A DNA stretch of 64,000 nucleotides, from NCBI GenBank assembly GCA_963422205.2, contig CAXMWX010000001.1, positions 96,001 to 160,000 of the forward strand, read 5' to 3'. This DNA is from Gammaproteobacteria bacterium. GTDB lineage: Bacteria > Pseudomonadota > Gammaproteobacteria > Eutrophobiales > Eutrophobiaceae. The first letter of the stretch is position 1; the number at the start of each line of letters is the position of its first letter. The notes below the pieces were generated by a model. The model was not told the DNA's origin. It saw nothing but the letters and a program-made list of their open reading frames with translations, and ran no database searches. This document shows positions 1 through 13,829 of the stretch, in pieces. A program made the translations under genes and the position numbers.

Positions 1-2543
1 TTATACACCTGCGCCAGCGCCGATTCCCCCAGCCGGTTCTGGCCGCCGCCCAGATCAATCAGTAGCAGCACAGTCTCCGGCTCGGCTTGCAGTTGCGGTG
101 TCAGGCTTTTATGCGTATCGGCAACCGGTGCGAAGGCCGTGATGACGACGGTCAGCGGGGAGATCACCTGGCAGGTCTCGCCCTGTTGCTGCCAGCGGGT
201 GTGCATGGACAGCGAATCCTTGCCCACGGGGATGGGGATCCCCAGCTCGCAGGCCAGAGTCGAGACTGCCTGCACCGCCGTGAACAAGGCGGCATCCTCA
301 TCCGGCTCGCCACAGGCAGCCATCCAGTTGGCCGAGCAGGCGATATCGCCGAGACGCAGTATCCGGCTGGCAGAGATATTGGTAATGGCCTCGGCGAGGG
401 CCATGCGGCCAGAGGCGGCCGGGTTGGTAACGGCAAGCGGGCTGCGCTCGCCCAGCGCCATCGCCTCGCCACAGGCGGCATGAAACCCCGCCGCCGTCAC
501 CGCACAATCTGCCACCGGGCTCTGCCAGGGGCCGACCATTTGATCGCGGCAGACCAGCCCGGAGACGCTGCGATCAGCGATGGTGATTAAAAAGCGTTTA
601 TCGGCGATGGTCGGTAGCTGCAACAGGCGTTTGATCGTCTCGGCCAGCGCCAGGCCATCCCCGATCAGGGCGCGGCTTTGCGGCGGCTGGCGGCTGGCGG
701 TTTTTGTCAAGCCCGGCGGCTTGCCGAACAACACAGACAAGGGCATGTCAACGGCATGGCATCCGGTGGTATCGACTAATTGCAGTTGGTGTTCAACGGT
801 GGCCTTGCCGAGGATGGCAAAGGGCGCGCGCTCTCGCTGGCATATCGCCCTGAAGCGGGGCAGATCAGCGGCGGCGATTGCCAGCACGTAGCGCTCCTGT
901 GATTCGTTGCACCACAACTCCATGGGCGATAGGGCCGGATCAGCGCGGGGAATCCTGTCCAGTTCAAACCGGCCACCACGGCCACTGCCATGTACCAGCT
1001 CCGGCAGGGCGTTGGCCAGCCCGCCCGCCCCCACATCATGGATGGCCAGCACGGGGTTAGCCTCCGCCAGGGCGCAGCAGTGATCGATCACTTCCTGACA
1101 ACGCCGCTGCATCTCTGCATTGGCGCGTTGCACCGAGGCGAAATCCAGGGTCTGATCGCCCTCACCAGAGGCCATGGAGGAGGCGGCCCCGCCGCCCAGA
1201 CCAATCAACATGGCCGGCCCGCCTAATACGATCAGATAGCTGCCGGCGGGAATATTTTTTTTATCGACATGCGGCTTGAGGATGCGTCCATAACCGCCGG
1301 CGAGCATGACGGGCTTGTGGTAGCCGTAGTGTTTGCCAGCCAGGGTTTGCTCATAGCTGCGGAAGTAGCCGGTCAATAACGGGCGGCCAAATTCATTGTT
1401 GTACGCTGCTGCCCCCAGCGGACCGGCCAGCATGATCTCCAGCGCCGAGGCGATGTGTGCCGGCCTTCGCATGGCGCCCTCCCAGGGTTGCGGCAGCCCG
1501 GGCAAATGCAGATTCGACACCGCAAAACCGCATAAGCCGGCCTTGGGCTTCCCGCCAGTGCCAGTGGCGGCGGCATCACGAATTTCACCACCGGCACCCG
1601 TGGCAGCACCGGCATGGGGGGAGATGGCGGTGGGGTGGTTATGGGTCTCCACCTTCAGGGCGATGCCGGCTGCTTCCCGGGTGTAACCGTAGTGGTGCTG
1701 TATCGGGTCGGCGGAGAAGCGTACCGCAGGATACCCGGTGATCACGGCGGCATTGTCGGTATAGGCCGACAAGATATTGCCGGGGCTTGCCTTGTGCGTT
1801 CGCTTGATGAGATCAAACAAGCTGTCATCCTGGGTTTTGCCATCGACAGTCCATGCCGCATTAAAAATTTTATGCCGGCAATGTTCGGAGTTGGCCTGGG
1901 CAAACATCATCAGCTCGGCATCGGTCGGGTCTCTGCCGAGCGCCTTGAAGGCGAGGCGTAAATAGGCCATCTCGTCAGCCGACAGTGCCAGCCCCATGGC
2001 GCTGTTCGCCTGTTCCAGTGCGGCCAGGCCCTGGCGGGTGAGATCGATCATGCGCCGTTGCCGTACCTTGCTGTGGGTAAACAGGCAGGTTGCTGCCATC
2101 TTGTCTGTCAGCACGATCTCGGTCATGCGATCGTGCAGCAGGGCGGCCAGTGCCTGTTGCGATGGCGTGTCTATGGCTGATGTTGTGCTGTGCAGATACC
2201 AGCATATGCCGCGCTCGATGCGTTTCACCTTGTGCAGACCGCAGCGATGAAAGATGTCCGTGGCCTTGCTTGACCAGGGCGAGATCGTGCCCGGGCGAGG
2301 CACGATGATGAATTGCAACCCCTGTCCCCTCGCCGGCGCACTGCCGTGTTCTGGCCGGTGGCCGTAATCCAGCAGGTGGCGGGTTGTCTCCCATTCCGCC
2401 GCATTCAGCTCGGCCTTGCTGTCCAGAAAGTGCAGGTGCTCGGCTTGGGCGTGGCTGATGTCCGGGCAGCATTGTCGTAATGTGGCCAGTATTTTACTGG
2501 TATGAAAGCGGGAGAGTGCCGCACCGCCAGTGATGATCTGCAT
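1..2543 (-). CDS. purL: Phosphoribosylformylglycinamidine synthase, large form; 5' portion, runs off the left edge
   Basis: Absent from the ORF track because it has no stop in the window. Manual translation from ATG at 2543 gives [14 protein letters not shown]..., [36 protein letters not shown] and [13 protein letters not shown], all hallmark PurL motifs. Confidence 0.96.
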   Translation of the reverse strand, partial: MQIITGGAALSRFHTSKILATLRQCCPDISHAQAEHLHFLDSKAELNAAEWETTRHLLDYGHRPEHGSAPARGQGLQFIIVPRPGTISPWSSKATDIFHRCGLHKVKRIERGICWYLHSTTSAIDTPSQQALAALLHDRMTEIVLTDKMAATCLFTHSKVRQRRMIDLTRQGLAALEQANSAMGLALSADEMAYLRLAFKALGRDPTDAELMMFAQANSEHCRHKIFNAAWTVDGKTQDDSLFDLIKRTHKASPGNILSAYTDNAAVITGYPAVRFSADPIQHHYGYTREAAGIALKVETHNHPTAISPHAGAATGAGGEIRDAAATGTGGKPKAGLCGFAVSNLHLPGLPQPWEGAMRRPAHIASALEIMLAGPLGAAAYNNEFGRPLLTGYFRSYEQTLAGKHYGYHKPVMLAGGYGRILKPHVDKKNIPAGSYLIVLGGPAMLIGLGGGAASSMASGEGDQTLDFASVQRANAEMQRRCQEVIDHCCALAEANPVLAIHDVGAGGLANALPELVHGSGRGGRFELDRIPRADPALSPMELWCNESQERYVLAIAAADLPRFRAICQRERAPFAILGKATVEHQLQLVDTTGCHAVDMPLSVLFGKPPGLTKTASRQPPQSRALIGDGLALAETIKRLLQLPTIADKRFLITIADRSVSGLVCRDQMVGPWQSPVADCAVTAAGFHAACGEAMALGERSPLAVTNPAASGRMALAEAITNISASRILRLGDIACSANWMAACGEPDEDAALFTAVQAVSTLACELGIPIPVGKDSLSMHTRWQQQGETCQVISPLTVVITAFAPVADTHKSLTPQLQAEPETVLLLIDLGGGQNRLGESALAQVY

Positions 2544-2684
2544 GCAGGTTATTGTTAATGTGTTCTGTTTTAGATAACTGGCAGGTTTTGCTTAAAACCC
2601 GTTAAGTATACGTGATACGGCTGGCGGTCGAAATATGGCGGCCAGCCTGGGCCTTGCACAGCGTCTTTGTTGACCGGCAGCGAA

Positions 2685-3575
2685 TCAGGGCAATTCAACC
2701 ACCTTGAGCTGGATGCGGCGGTTTTCCCGGCGGCTGTTGTTGCTGCTTGTCAGATGGCGGCGCTCGTGGCGCTGGCTGCTGTGATCAACACCGCCTATGT
2801 CGAGCCATTCGCCCAGGCGGCCGGTGATGGTGGTCGCCAGATTTTGCGTGTTGATGATGCCGGGGGTGCGTTCATCCAGGCTGGCGAGTTGCGGTGCTAT
2901 CGATAAGGTGACCTGCTCGCCGGCCAGCCGTGGCAGCACATAAAACCCGGACGTGATGTCACGGTATTGCACACTGTCTGTGGCGATGATGCCTGCCGGG
3001 GTGATGATGGTTTGTGGTGCGGCAAACGGCACCGACTGCCCGGTCTGGATGAAGGCCGCCCTGCCCTCCACAGTTTGCACATGAAACAGATTCTCATCGC
3101 TGTCAGCCAGGCGGGTGTGCTGATCGCGATAGGCGATGGTGTTGCCATCGGTGTCTGTTGCCCGAAGGCGGGTGCCGGCAGCCTGTCCTCGCGCCGCTGC
3201 TGGTGCACCGCCGCCGGAGAGTGTCACCTTGCCTGTGGCATAGCGCCCTGAAAGTGCGCTTGCTTTGTCGTGTTGCTGCCTGTCTGTGTCCTGTCTTACA
3301 TAAATAATTAACCGGCGGGCGGCTTTGTCAATCGTTTGCAGCAGGTGGTTTATCTCGCTTAAATTGGCGGCGGTGGTTTTTACGATCAGCTGATCATTTA
3401 ACCCGGTCACCGAACCGCCCCGAACGAGCAGAGGCTTGATGATCGGGATGATCTCGGCGGCTGTTCGGTGTTGCAGTTGCAGGCTGTGAAGGTGCAGTGA
3501 CTCGGCCAGGACTGTGGCGATGCAGAACAATCCCGGCAGGGCGAGGGCAAGCGTGCGTAGGCGAAATCGGTTCAC
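2685..3575 (-). CDS. Short secretin-like exported protein (NolW/N3-like domain plus reduced secretin domain)
   Basis: Signal peptide; N3-like segment LQHRTAAEIIPIIKPLL...QLIVKTT...LLQTIDKAARRLII; secretin-like strands GRAAFIQTGQSVPF, VQYRDITSGFYVLPRL and TTITGRLGEWLDIGG. Confidence 0.7.
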   Translation of the reverse strand: MNRFRLRTLALALPGLFCIATVLAESLHLHSLQLQHRTAAEIIPIIKPLLVRGGSVTGLNDQLIVKTTAANLSEINHLLQTIDKAARRLIIYVRQDTDRQQHDKASALSGRYATGKVTLSGGGAPAAARGQAAGTRLRATDTDGNTIAYRDQHTRLADSDENLFHVQTVEGRAAFIQTGQSVPFAAPQTIITPAGIIATDSVQYRDITSGFYVLPRLAGEQVTLSIAPQLASLDERTPGIINTQNLATTITGRLGEWLDIGGVDHSSQRHERRHLTSSNNSRRENRRIQLKVVELP

Positions 3576-4087
3576 AGGTGAAATTTCCTCGTGTTGCTGT
3601 CAGGGGTGGCTGTCTCCCATAACGCATTAAACTGGCGCAGCAGGTATTTGGCGATGCTTTTATCAGCAAAGTTTATCGTAGCGTCATACCGGTGTGCGTG
3701 TAACGTGTGAATATAGCCTGTGCCATCGGCGATAAACAGGGATTCATTGCAATGGCTGGCCTCGGCTTTTGGTGTGCGTAACTGGATAAAGCTGCTCAAA
3801 TTGCCCGCCATATCAATGAGTCTATGGCCCTTTCTGACGATTTCTTTAAGATCATAGAGCAATATCCGTAGACGGGTGCGCCGGTGTTGCAGGACAAAAC
3901 CGCGTATGGCCTGGAGAAATTCTGTGGTGTTGTAGATGTGCGGATCAAGGTCTCGGCTCAAGATGTCGATATGGTACCGGCTTTGTTGTGTCATGCTGAG
4001 GGTGGCCTGGCTGTTTTCCTTGCGGGTTTCAACCATCATCACCTCATCGGTCTCACCGAGGATACAGTGATCAAAGACGGGTTGCAC
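3572..4087 (-). CDS. Conserved hypothetical protein, possibly a degenerate PLD-like fold
   Basis: 171-aa ORF overlapping the next gene by 4 bp. Motifs IDILSRDLDPHIY, RLRILL, SLFIADGTGY and FNALWE resemble the gene found downstream of purB in Pseudomonas-like loci. Confidence 0.65.
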   Translation of the reverse strand: MQPVFDHCILGETDEVMMVETRKENSQATLSMTQQSRYHIDILSRDLDPHIYNTTEFLQAIRGFVLQHRRTRLRILLYDLKEIVRKGHRLIDMAGNLSSFIQLRTPKAEASHCNESLFIADGTGYIHTLHAHRYDATINFADKSIAKYLLRQFNALWETATPDSNTRKFHL

Positions 4088-4135
4088 GTAACGCTCCTTG
4101 CGCGATCATGGTTTGCTATTGGTCAGAGTTCTGGG

Positions 4136-6585
<2,450 letters not shown>

Positions 6586-6712
6586 ACTTATCTCCAGATA
6601 AATTACGACAGGATTTTCCAAGGGGGCATTCTAGCAATGCTGCCGACAAGTACCAACATGCCTTGCCGGTCAGGCTGTGGCTAAATTCCCAGGATGCGAT
6701 TAAGATGATGCG

Positions 6713-7765
6713 ATGGACGAGGAGATCAGTTTAAGGGCCCCTGATGATTGCCACCTGCATCTTCGAGACGGCGCCCAGATGGCTTGTGTATTGCCGCATT
6801 CGGCCCGGCAGTTTGCCCGTGCGATCATCATGCCGAACCTCACGCCGCCGGTGGTGACAGTCGCCGAGGCCGTTAAGTACCGGCAGCGGATTCTCACCGC
6901 CCTGTCCAGGAGTATGACAGGCGATGCCGGTCTTCATCCCCTGATGACGCTCTACCTTACCGATCTGACCTGCACCGATGAGGTGCTTAAAGTGGCCGAA
7001 ACTGCGGAGGTCCTCGGTTTCAAATACTATCCCGCCGGGGCAACGACAAATTCTGCGAGTGGTGTGACGGCGCTGGAGAAGGTCTATCCGCTGCTGGAGA
7101 GAATGCAGGAACACGCCGTCCCCCTGCTGGTGCATGGCGAGGTGACGATCAGAGAGACCGACATATTCGACCGGGAAGCCGCCTTCATTGACCAGGTACT
7201 CATCACGCTGACACGAGAGTTGCCCGCACTGCGTATCGTCTTTGAGCATATTACCACGGCCGAGGCCGTCGCCTTTGTACAAGAGAGCACCGCACCCATC
7301 GCCGCCACGATCACCGCCCATCATTTATTATTAAATCGCAATGCGCTGTTTGCCGGTGGTCTCAGACCACACCATTACTGCCTGCCCGTGCTGAAGGCGG
7401 AACGGCACAGACAGGCATTACTGGCGGCAGCCGTCAGTGGCGACCGCCGGTTTTTTCTGGGCACCGACAGCGCACCACACGCCGCCTCTGCCAAGCTGAC
7501 GGACTGTGGCTGTGCCGGTATTTACTCCGCCCTGTGCGCCCTGGAGATCTATGCCGAGGTGTTTTATCAGGCCGGATGTGTTGAGCGCCTTGAGGGTTTT
7601 GCCAGCGAGCATGGGGCCGATTTTTATGGCCTGCCGCCTAACTCATCACGCATCACCCTGCGGCGAGATGCCTGGACTGTGCCTGCTTCCCTGCCTTACG
7701 GCGATGATCGGATTGTGCCGCTGTTGGCCGGCGAGGAGTGCCACTGGAGATTGCTGGATCAATGA
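6713..7765 (+). CDS. pyrC: Dihydroorotase, type II
   Basis: HLHLRDG, IMPNL, KYYPAGATTNS, FEHITT, FLGTDSAPH. Confidence 0.97.
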   Translation: MDEEISLRAPDDCHLHLRDGAQMACVLPHSARQFARAIIMPNLTPPVVTVAEAVKYRQRILTALSRSMTGDAGLHPLMTLYLTDLTCTDEVLKVAETAEVLGFKYYPAGATTNSASGVTALEKVYPLLERMQEHAVPLLVHGEVTIRETDIFDREAAFIDQVLITLTRELPALRIVFEHITTAEAVAFVQESTAPIAATITAHHLLLNRNALFAGGLRPHHYCLPVLKAERHRQALLAAAVSGDRRFFLGTDSAPHAASAKLTDCGCAGIYSALCALEIYAEVFYQAGCVERLEGFASEHGADFYGLPPNSSRITLRRDAWTVPASLPYGDDRIVPLLAGEECHWRLLDQ

Positions 7766-8376
7766 GTGCTGCCAGGCATCCTGCCTCCCGGCGTTTTCGC
7801 AGTTACCTGCCGGTGGTGGTCGATGTTGAGACCGGCGGCTTCGATCCCGGCACAGATGCCCTGCTGGAATTTGCCACGGTATTGCTGAGCTTGAACGAGG
7901 AGGGCAGGTGGTGCATGACCGAGACGATTGCCAAACACATACAGCCTTTCCCCGGCGCCAATCTGGATAAAGCGGCGCTGGAGTTCACCGGGATTGATCC
8001 AGAACATCCGTTTCGCAAGCAGATCGCCGTCCCGGAAAAACAAGCCCTGCATGACACCTTCCAGACAGTCCGGCGGGCGATAAAACAGCATGACTGCCAC
8101 CGGGCCATCCTGGTCGGACATAATCCCAGCTTTGATTTGAGATTTATCCAGGCTGCCGTGGACAGGTGTGCGCTTAAACGCAATCCGTTTCATCCCTTCA
8201 GCACGTTTGATACCGCTACCCTAGGCGGCCTGGCCTATGGACAAACCGTATTATCCAGGGCCGTTAAAGCGGCGGGCCTGCAATGGGATGATGCTGCTGC
8301 ACATTCGGCGCGCTACGATGCTGAGAAAACCGCCGAGCTGTTCTGCCATGTGGTCAACCGATGGGTGATGGATTAG
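7762..8376 (+). CDS. rnt: Ribonuclease T
   Basis: DEDDh motifs VVVDVETGGF, GHNPSFD, RNPFHPFSTFDTATL and AHSARYDAEKTA. ATGA overlap with pyrC; pyrC-rnt synteny is canonical. Confidence 0.96.
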   Translation: MSAARHPASRRFRSYLPVVVDVETGGFDPGTDALLEFATVLLSLNEEGRWCMTETIAKHIQPFPGANLDKAALEFTGIDPEHPFRKQIAVPEKQALHDTFQTVRRAIKQHDCHRAILVGHNPSFDLRFIQAAVDRCALKRNPFHPFSTFDTATLGGLAYGQTVLSRAVKAAGLQWDDAAAHSARYDAEKTAELFCHVVNRWVMD

Positions 8377-8747
8377 CTTTCAACCTAGCGGCTGCACGAT
8401 GTGTCTGCTTATCCTTGCCCTTAAACAGCATCCTGATTACCCCGTCATTGTTGTTTTTATGAGAGGGTGTATGATCAACAGGCAAACATCATCAGCGATC
8501 TTGCGTACACGGCGCCTTAACAGGCATGGAAGATGGCGTTGAGGATGGTCTGAATATGACCGGTACAGGCAAGGCGTGACTGGCTGAATTGCCATCCGGC
8601 CTGACGGCACCGGGCGGTGGTTCAGCACGATAAAATACGGTGGTGAACTTCAGCGTTGCCTGCCTGAAAAAACCTGATTTTTATTATTTTTCAAGCGCTT
8701 TTTTTCGTTTTTTTCTCGCAGCAAAAAATACTCTCTGGCAGCAATTA

Positions 8748-8756
8748 TGGTATAGT
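8748..8756 (+). promoter_or_regulatory. Putative extended -10 promoter for gyrA
   Basis: TGgTATAGT about 80 bp upstream of the gyrA ATG, preceded by long A/T tracts (about 8667-8729). Confidence 0.45.
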
Positions 8757-8838
8757 TGCGAATGCTGCTCCAAGCCTTGTATGCACCGACACAAAGATCA
8801 ACAACCTGAAGGCACCTGCCTGATTTTCAATGTGATAT

Positions 8839-11439
8839 ATGTCTGATCAAATAGCCCGTTCGCTCTCCCCGGTCAATATAGAAGATGAGATGCGGCAGTC
8901 CTATATGGACTATGCCATGAGCGTCATTGTTGGCCGTGCCCTGCCGGATGTGCGTGATGGCTTAAAGCCGGTACACCGGCGGGTGCTCTATGCCATGAAT
9001 GAGATGAGCAATGTGCACAACAAGCTGTATAAAAAATCGGCGCGCGTGGTGGGCGATGTCATCGGTAAATATCATCCGCATGGCGATACCGCCGTCTACG
9101 ATACGATTGTGCGTATGGCGCAGGATTTCTCTTTGCGTTATGTGCTGGTTGACGGGCAGGGCAATTTTGGCTCGGTTGATGGGGATGCCCCGGCTGCCAT
9201 GCGTTATACCGAAGTACGCATGGCGCGCATCGCCCAGGAATTGCTGGAGGACATCGACAAACAGACAGTCGATTTTGTGGCGAACTATGATGGGGCCGAG
9301 CACGAACCGGCGGTCTTGCCCACCCGCCTGCCCAATCTGCTGGTCAATGGCTCCAGCGGGATTGCTGTCGGGATGGCAACCAATATCCCGCCACACAATC
9401 TGCATGAGGTGATCAACGCCTGTGTGGTGTTGATTGCTGAACCGGCAGCCACCCTCGATCAGTTGCTGACCCATATCCCCGGCCCGGATTTTCCCACCGC
9501 TGGCATCATCAATGGCTCGCAGGGGATTCATGAGGCCTACCGCACTGGCCGGGGCCGGATTTATCTGCGCGCCCGCACCCACATCGAGACGGATGAGAAG
9601 ACCGGCCAGCAGACAATCATCGCCACCGAGCTGCCTTATCAGGTCAACAAGGCCCGGCTGCTGGAGAGGATTGCCGAGCTGGTCAAGGACAAGAAGCTGA
9701 CCGGCATCCGTGAATTGCGTGATGAGTCCGATAAAGATGGCATGCGTATGGTGATCGAGCTAAAGCGCGGCGAGGTGCCGGAGGTGATCCTCAATAATCT
9801 GTATCAGTTCACCGCCATGCAGTCTGTGTTTGGCATTAATCTGGTGGCCCTTGATGGGGGGCAGCCACGGCTGATGAACCTGAAAGACATGCTGGCCGCC
9901 TTTATCCGGCACCGGCGCGAGGTGGTGACCCGCCGCACATTGTTTGACTTGCAAAAGGCGCGCAACCGAGCGCATATTCTGGAGGGGCAGGCGATTGCGC
10001 TCGCCAATATCGATCCCATGATCGCCCTGATCAAAGGCTCGGCAACGCCGGCTGAGGCAAAGGCCGCCATGCTGTTGCGTCTCTGGCAGTCAGACACCGT
10101 GCTCGCCATGCTGCAACGCACGGATGCGGCCATCTCAAGGCCAGATTCGTTGCCGGATGAATACGGCTTGCAGGCGGCCGGCTATCGGCTGTCCGATGCC
10201 CAGGCACAATCCATCCTGGAGTTGCGCCTGCAAAAGCTGACCGGTCTGGAGCAGGACAAGATCATCACGGAATATGAGGGGCTGCTGGATACGATCATCG
10301 ATCTGCTGGACATCGTCGGTCGGCCTGAACGCCTGATGCAGGTCATCCAGACTGAACTGGAAGAGATGCGTGAGCGCTACGGCGATGATCGGCGCACGCA
10401 AATCATCGACGATCGCCAAAACCTCAGCATGGAGGATCTGATCACCGAGCAGGATGTCGTGGTCACCCTGTCATACACCGGTTATGCCAAGACTCAGACC
10501 ATAGACACCTACCGTTCGCAGCGGCGCGGCGGCAAGGGCAAGTCGGCGACCAATGTCAAAGAGGCGGACTTCATTGACAAGCTGTTCATCGCCAGCACGC
10601 ACGATACGATGTTATGTTTTTCGAGTGAAGGCAGGTTGTACTGGCTGAAGGTCTATGACCTGCCGCAGGCGAGCCGGACAGCACGGGGCAAACCTGTCGT
10701 TAATCTGCTGCCCTTGCGCGAGGGCGAGCGCATCAGCGCCATTTTGCCCATTCGTGAGTTTACCGATGAGGCGTTTGTGTTCATGGCGACTGAAGATGGC
10801 ACCATCAAAAAGACAGCACTGAAGAATTTCTCCCGCCCGCGCCCCAGCGGCATCATTGCCATTGAGCTGGCGGCGGGTAATCAACTGGTCGGGGTCGAGC
10901 TGACCGATGGCGAGAAGGATGTCATGTTATTCAGCAATGCTGGCAAGGCGATACGCTTTCATGAGTCGGGGATTCGGGCGGTTGGCCGCACCGCAAGGGG
11001 CGTACGCGGGATGCGGCTGGGCGGTGATGAGAAGATCATCTCGCTGATCATTGTCGAGCCGGGCAAGACTGTGCTGACAGCCACCGAGAACGGCTATGGC
11101 AAGCGCACACCGATAGCGGATTTTCGCGCCCAGGCGCGCGGTGGTCAGGGCGTGATCTGTATTCAGACCGATGCCCGTAACGGCAAGGCCGTGGGGGCGC
11201 TGATGGTCAGTGATGAGGATGAGATCATGTTGATCTCCGATCAGGGGACATTAATCCGCAGCCCGGTGCGTGAGATTTCCGTGGTTGGCCGCAACACCAA
11301 GGGCGTGCGGTTGGTCAGCCTGCATGGAAAGGAGCATCTTGCCAGCCTTGAACGCATCGTTGAGATGAAGGCCGATGCCAATGACAGCACCACGGCTGAT
11401 GAGGATACACCCCCGCACCAGGGCCAGCATGAGGCGTAA
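8839..11439 (+). CDS. gyrA: DNA gyrase subunit A
   Basis: [32 protein letters not shown], catalytic AAMRYTE and the GyrA box QRRGGKG. Confidence 0.99.
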   Translation: MSDQIARSLSPVNIEDEMRQSYMDYAMSVIVGRALPDVRDGLKPVHRRVLYAMNEMSNVHNKLYKKSARVVGDVIGKYHPHGDTAVYDTIVRMAQDFSLRYVLVDGQGNFGSVDGDAPAAMRYTEVRMARIAQELLEDIDKQTVDFVANYDGAEHEPAVLPTRLPNLLVNGSSGIAVGMATNIPPHNLHEVINACVVLIAEPAATLDQLLTHIPGPDFPTAGIINGSQGIHEAYRTGRGRIYLRARTHIETDEKTGQQTIIATELPYQVNKARLLERIAELVKDKKLTGIRELRDESDKDGMRMVIELKRGEVPEVILNNLYQFTAMQSVFGINLVALDGGQPRLMNLKDMLAAFIRHRREVVTRRTLFDLQKARNRAHILEGQAIALANIDPMIALIKGSATPAEAKAAMLLRLWQSDTVLAMLQRTDAAISRPDSLPDEYGLQAAGYRLSDAQAQSILELRLQKLTGLEQDKIITEYEGLLDTIIDLLDIVGRPERLMQVIQTELEEMRERYGDDRRTQIIDDRQNLSMEDLITEQDVVVTLSYTGYAKTQTIDTYRSQRRGGKGKSATNVKEADFIDKLFIASTHDTMLCFSSEGRLYWLKVYDLPQASRTARGKPVVNLLPLREGERISAILPIREFTDEAFVFMATEDGTIKKTALKNFSRPRPSGIIAIELAAGNQLVGVELTDGEKDVMLFSNAGKAIRFHESGIRAVGRTARGVRGMRLGGDEKIISLIIVEPGKTVLTATENGYGKRTPIADFRAQARGGQGVICIQTDARNGKAVGALMVSDEDEIMLISDQGTLIRSPVREISVVGRNTKGVRLVSLHGKEHLASLERIVEMKADANDSTTADEDTPPHQGQHEA

Positions 11440-11487
11440 ACTCAAGCCGGTATTTATCCCGTCCAGGGTCAACCGTGGGGTTATCTC

Positions 11488-12576
11488 GTGTCCACAATGA
11501 AGGTGTTTAATTTTGGCGCCGGCCCGGCGCAGCTGCCGCCGCCCGTGATGCAGCAGGCACAGGCGGAATTTCTTGACTGGCACGGCACCGGCATCTCGGT
11601 GATTGAAATGAGCCATCGCAGCCCGTCATTTGCGGATATCATTGATCAGAGTGAGCATGATCTCAGCGAACTCCTGTCCCTCCCCGAACACTATCAAATA
11701 CTGTTTCTGCAGGGCGGGGCCACGCACATGATGAGCATGGTGCCGCTGAATTTTTTATCCCGTGGGCAGAGTGCGGATTATCTGCACACGGGCAACTGGT
11801 CAGGCAAGGCCATTAACGAGGGCCGCCGGCTGGCGGCGGTGAATGTGGTCGCCAGTTCAAAGGCCGATGAGTTTATGCGTATTCCCCCGCCATCACAGTG
11901 GCAGCTTGACCCTGGCGCCGGTTATTTTTATTATTGCGATAATGAGACCATCAGCGGCGTGGAGTTTCAGGACGTGCCGGATGCGGCCACCGCCCCGCTG
12001 GTCTCGGACATGACGTCCAATTTTCTGTCCAGGGAATTCGACATCACACGATTTGCCTGTGTGTTTGCCGGGGCGCAAAAAAATATCGGCCCTGCCGGCT
12101 TAACTGTTGCCATCATACGCAAGGACTGTATCGGCAGCAGCGATCGTACCCTGCCCCTGCTGTATGATTTCAAGACCCACGCCGATACCCGCTCTTTATC
12201 CAACACCCCGGCAACCTTCAGCTGGTACATGGCCGGGCTGACCTTTCGCTGGATTTTGCAGCAAGGCGGCCTGGCGGCGATGCACAGCAATGCCCTGGCA
12301 CGTTCAGCGCTATTATACGACTGTATTGATAGCGATGATTTTTACAGCAGCCCGGTAGACAGGGCCTATCGTTCACGCATGAACATCCCGTTTGTGCTGG
12401 CCGATGATTCACTGGATAAGGTATTTTTACAGCAAGCGGCTGAGGCCGGCCTGCTGGCATTGAAAGGCCATCGCAGCGTGGGCGGGATGCGCGCCAGTCT
12501 CTACAACGGTATGCCGCTTGAGGGCGTTGCCACACTGGTTGAGTTTATGCGCGATTTCAGCCGCCGCAAGGGATGA
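11488..12576 (+). CDS. serC: Phosphoserine aminotransferase
   Basis: FNFGAGPAQLP, EMSHRS, FLQGGA, AGAQKNIGPAG, LKGHRSVGGMRASLYN. Confidence 0.98.
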   Translation: MSTMKVFNFGAGPAQLPPPVMQQAQAEFLDWHGTGISVIEMSHRSPSFADIIDQSEHDLSELLSLPEHYQILFLQGGATHMMSMVPLNFLSRGQSADYLHTGNWSGKAINEGRRLAAVNVVASSKADEFMRIPPPSQWQLDPGAGYFYYCDNETISGVEFQDVPDAATAPLVSDMTSNFLSREFDITRFACVFAGAQKNIGPAGLTVAIIRKDCIGSSDRTLPLLYDFKTHADTRSLSNTPATFSWYMAGLTFRWILQQGGLAAMHSNALARSALLYDCIDSDDFYSSPVDRAYRSRMNIPFVLADDSLDKVFLQQAAEAGLLALKGHRSVGGMRASLYNGMPLEGVATLVEFMRDFSRRKG

Positions 12577-12654
12577 GTGACATCAGCTTAACTCTCCGCC
12601 CGGCTAACTGGCTTTGCTGTACAATGCGCTGAACCGCCTTAATAATTTTTTGCC

Positions 12655-13737
12655 ATGACAGATAAGGACAGGCTGGCCGAGGTCCGCGCCGACATTGATT
12701 TGATCGATCAGCAGTTGATTGCATTGATCAACCAGCGCGCCCGGCTGGCACAGACTGTCGGCAGGCTCAAGCAACAGGCCGGGCAGGAAAATCACTTCTA
12801 CCGCCCTGAACGTGAGGCCGCAATCCTGCGAGAGGTGGTGCAGCATAACCCCGGCCCCATAGATCAGCAGGGGCTGGTGCGGATATTTCGTGAGCTTATG
12901 TCGGCCTGCCTGGCGATGGAGAAGCGCTTGCAGGTCGCCTATCTGGGGCCTGAGGGCACGTTTACCCAGGCGGCGGTCGGCAAGCATTTTGGTGGCTCGG
13001 TCACGGCCTGCGCCTTGCCCGGTATCGATCTGGTGTTTCGTGAGGTGGCTACTGGCAGTTGTGAGTATGGCGTGGTGCCGATAGAAAACTCAATTGAAGG
13101 CGTGGTCAATCATACCCTGGACATGTTCATCAACTCAGCAGCGATCATCTGTGGTGAGGTGCATTTGCGTATTCACCAGAGCCTGCTCTCCAGTGCAGAC
13201 GATGTGAAGCATATCAAGACGGTCTACTCCCATGCCCTGTCGTTCGCCCAGTGTCGGCACTGGCTGGATACCCATTTGCCCGGCGTCTCGTGTGTGAACG
13301 TCTACAGTAATGCCGAGGCCGCAAAGTTGGCACAGGCAGATCGCACCGCCGCGGCCATCGCCGGTCACGTGGCGGCTGACACCTATCAGCTACACACCCT
13401 GGCCGATAATATTGCCGATGAACCGGACAACACCACGCGTTTTTTAGTGATAGGCAATCAGGCGGTGCCGGCAAGCGGTGATGACAAGACATCAGTCCTG
13501 TTCGCCACACCAAGCGAGCCCGGGGCATTGGTCAACGTATTACACTGTTTCTCTGATAACAAGGTCAATATGAACCGGATTGAATCCCGGCCCTCTCGCC
13601 AGGTGATGTGGGAATATGTATTTTTTGTTGATCTGGAAGGACACCGGGACGATGCCAATGTCAGCACCTCTCTGGAGCAACTCAAGGCCAACGCCTCGAT
13701 GGTAAAAATACTCGGCTCTTATCCGGTGGCGAGTTGA
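12655..13737 (+). CDS. pheA: Chorismate mutase / prephenate dehydratase (P-protein)
   Basis: AroQ N-terminus (RADIDLID...YRPERE), AYLGPEGTFT, NTTRFLV and ACT-domain IESRPSR. Confidence 0.97.
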   Translation: MTDKDRLAEVRADIDLIDQQLIALINQRARLAQTVGRLKQQAGQENHFYRPEREAAILREVVQHNPGPIDQQGLVRIFRELMSACLAMEKRLQVAYLGPEGTFTQAAVGKHFGGSVTACALPGIDLVFREVATGSCEYGVVPIENSIEGVVNHTLDMFINSAAIICGEVHLRIHQSLLSSADDVKHIKTVYSHALSFAQCRHWLDTHLPGVSCVNVYSNAEAAKLAQADRTAAAIAGHVAADTYQLHTLADNIADEPDNTTRFLVIGNQAVPASGDDKTSVLFATPSEPGALVNVLHCFSDNKVNMNRIESRPSRQVMWEYVFFVDLEGHRDDANVSTSLEQLKANASMVKILGSYPVAS

Positions 13738-13829
13738 CAGGTGTCCGTCTCGCCGCCGCTGTGGATGAGATTTCACTTTTCTCAACACGGCCTGTACCCT
13801 GCCGGGCTTTGCCATGCGGTGCAGGGTAG

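Noticed and set aside
87-2472. Many short ORFs in the track on both strands
   Set aside because: They are shadows of purL, which occupies the minus strand from 2543 past the left edge.
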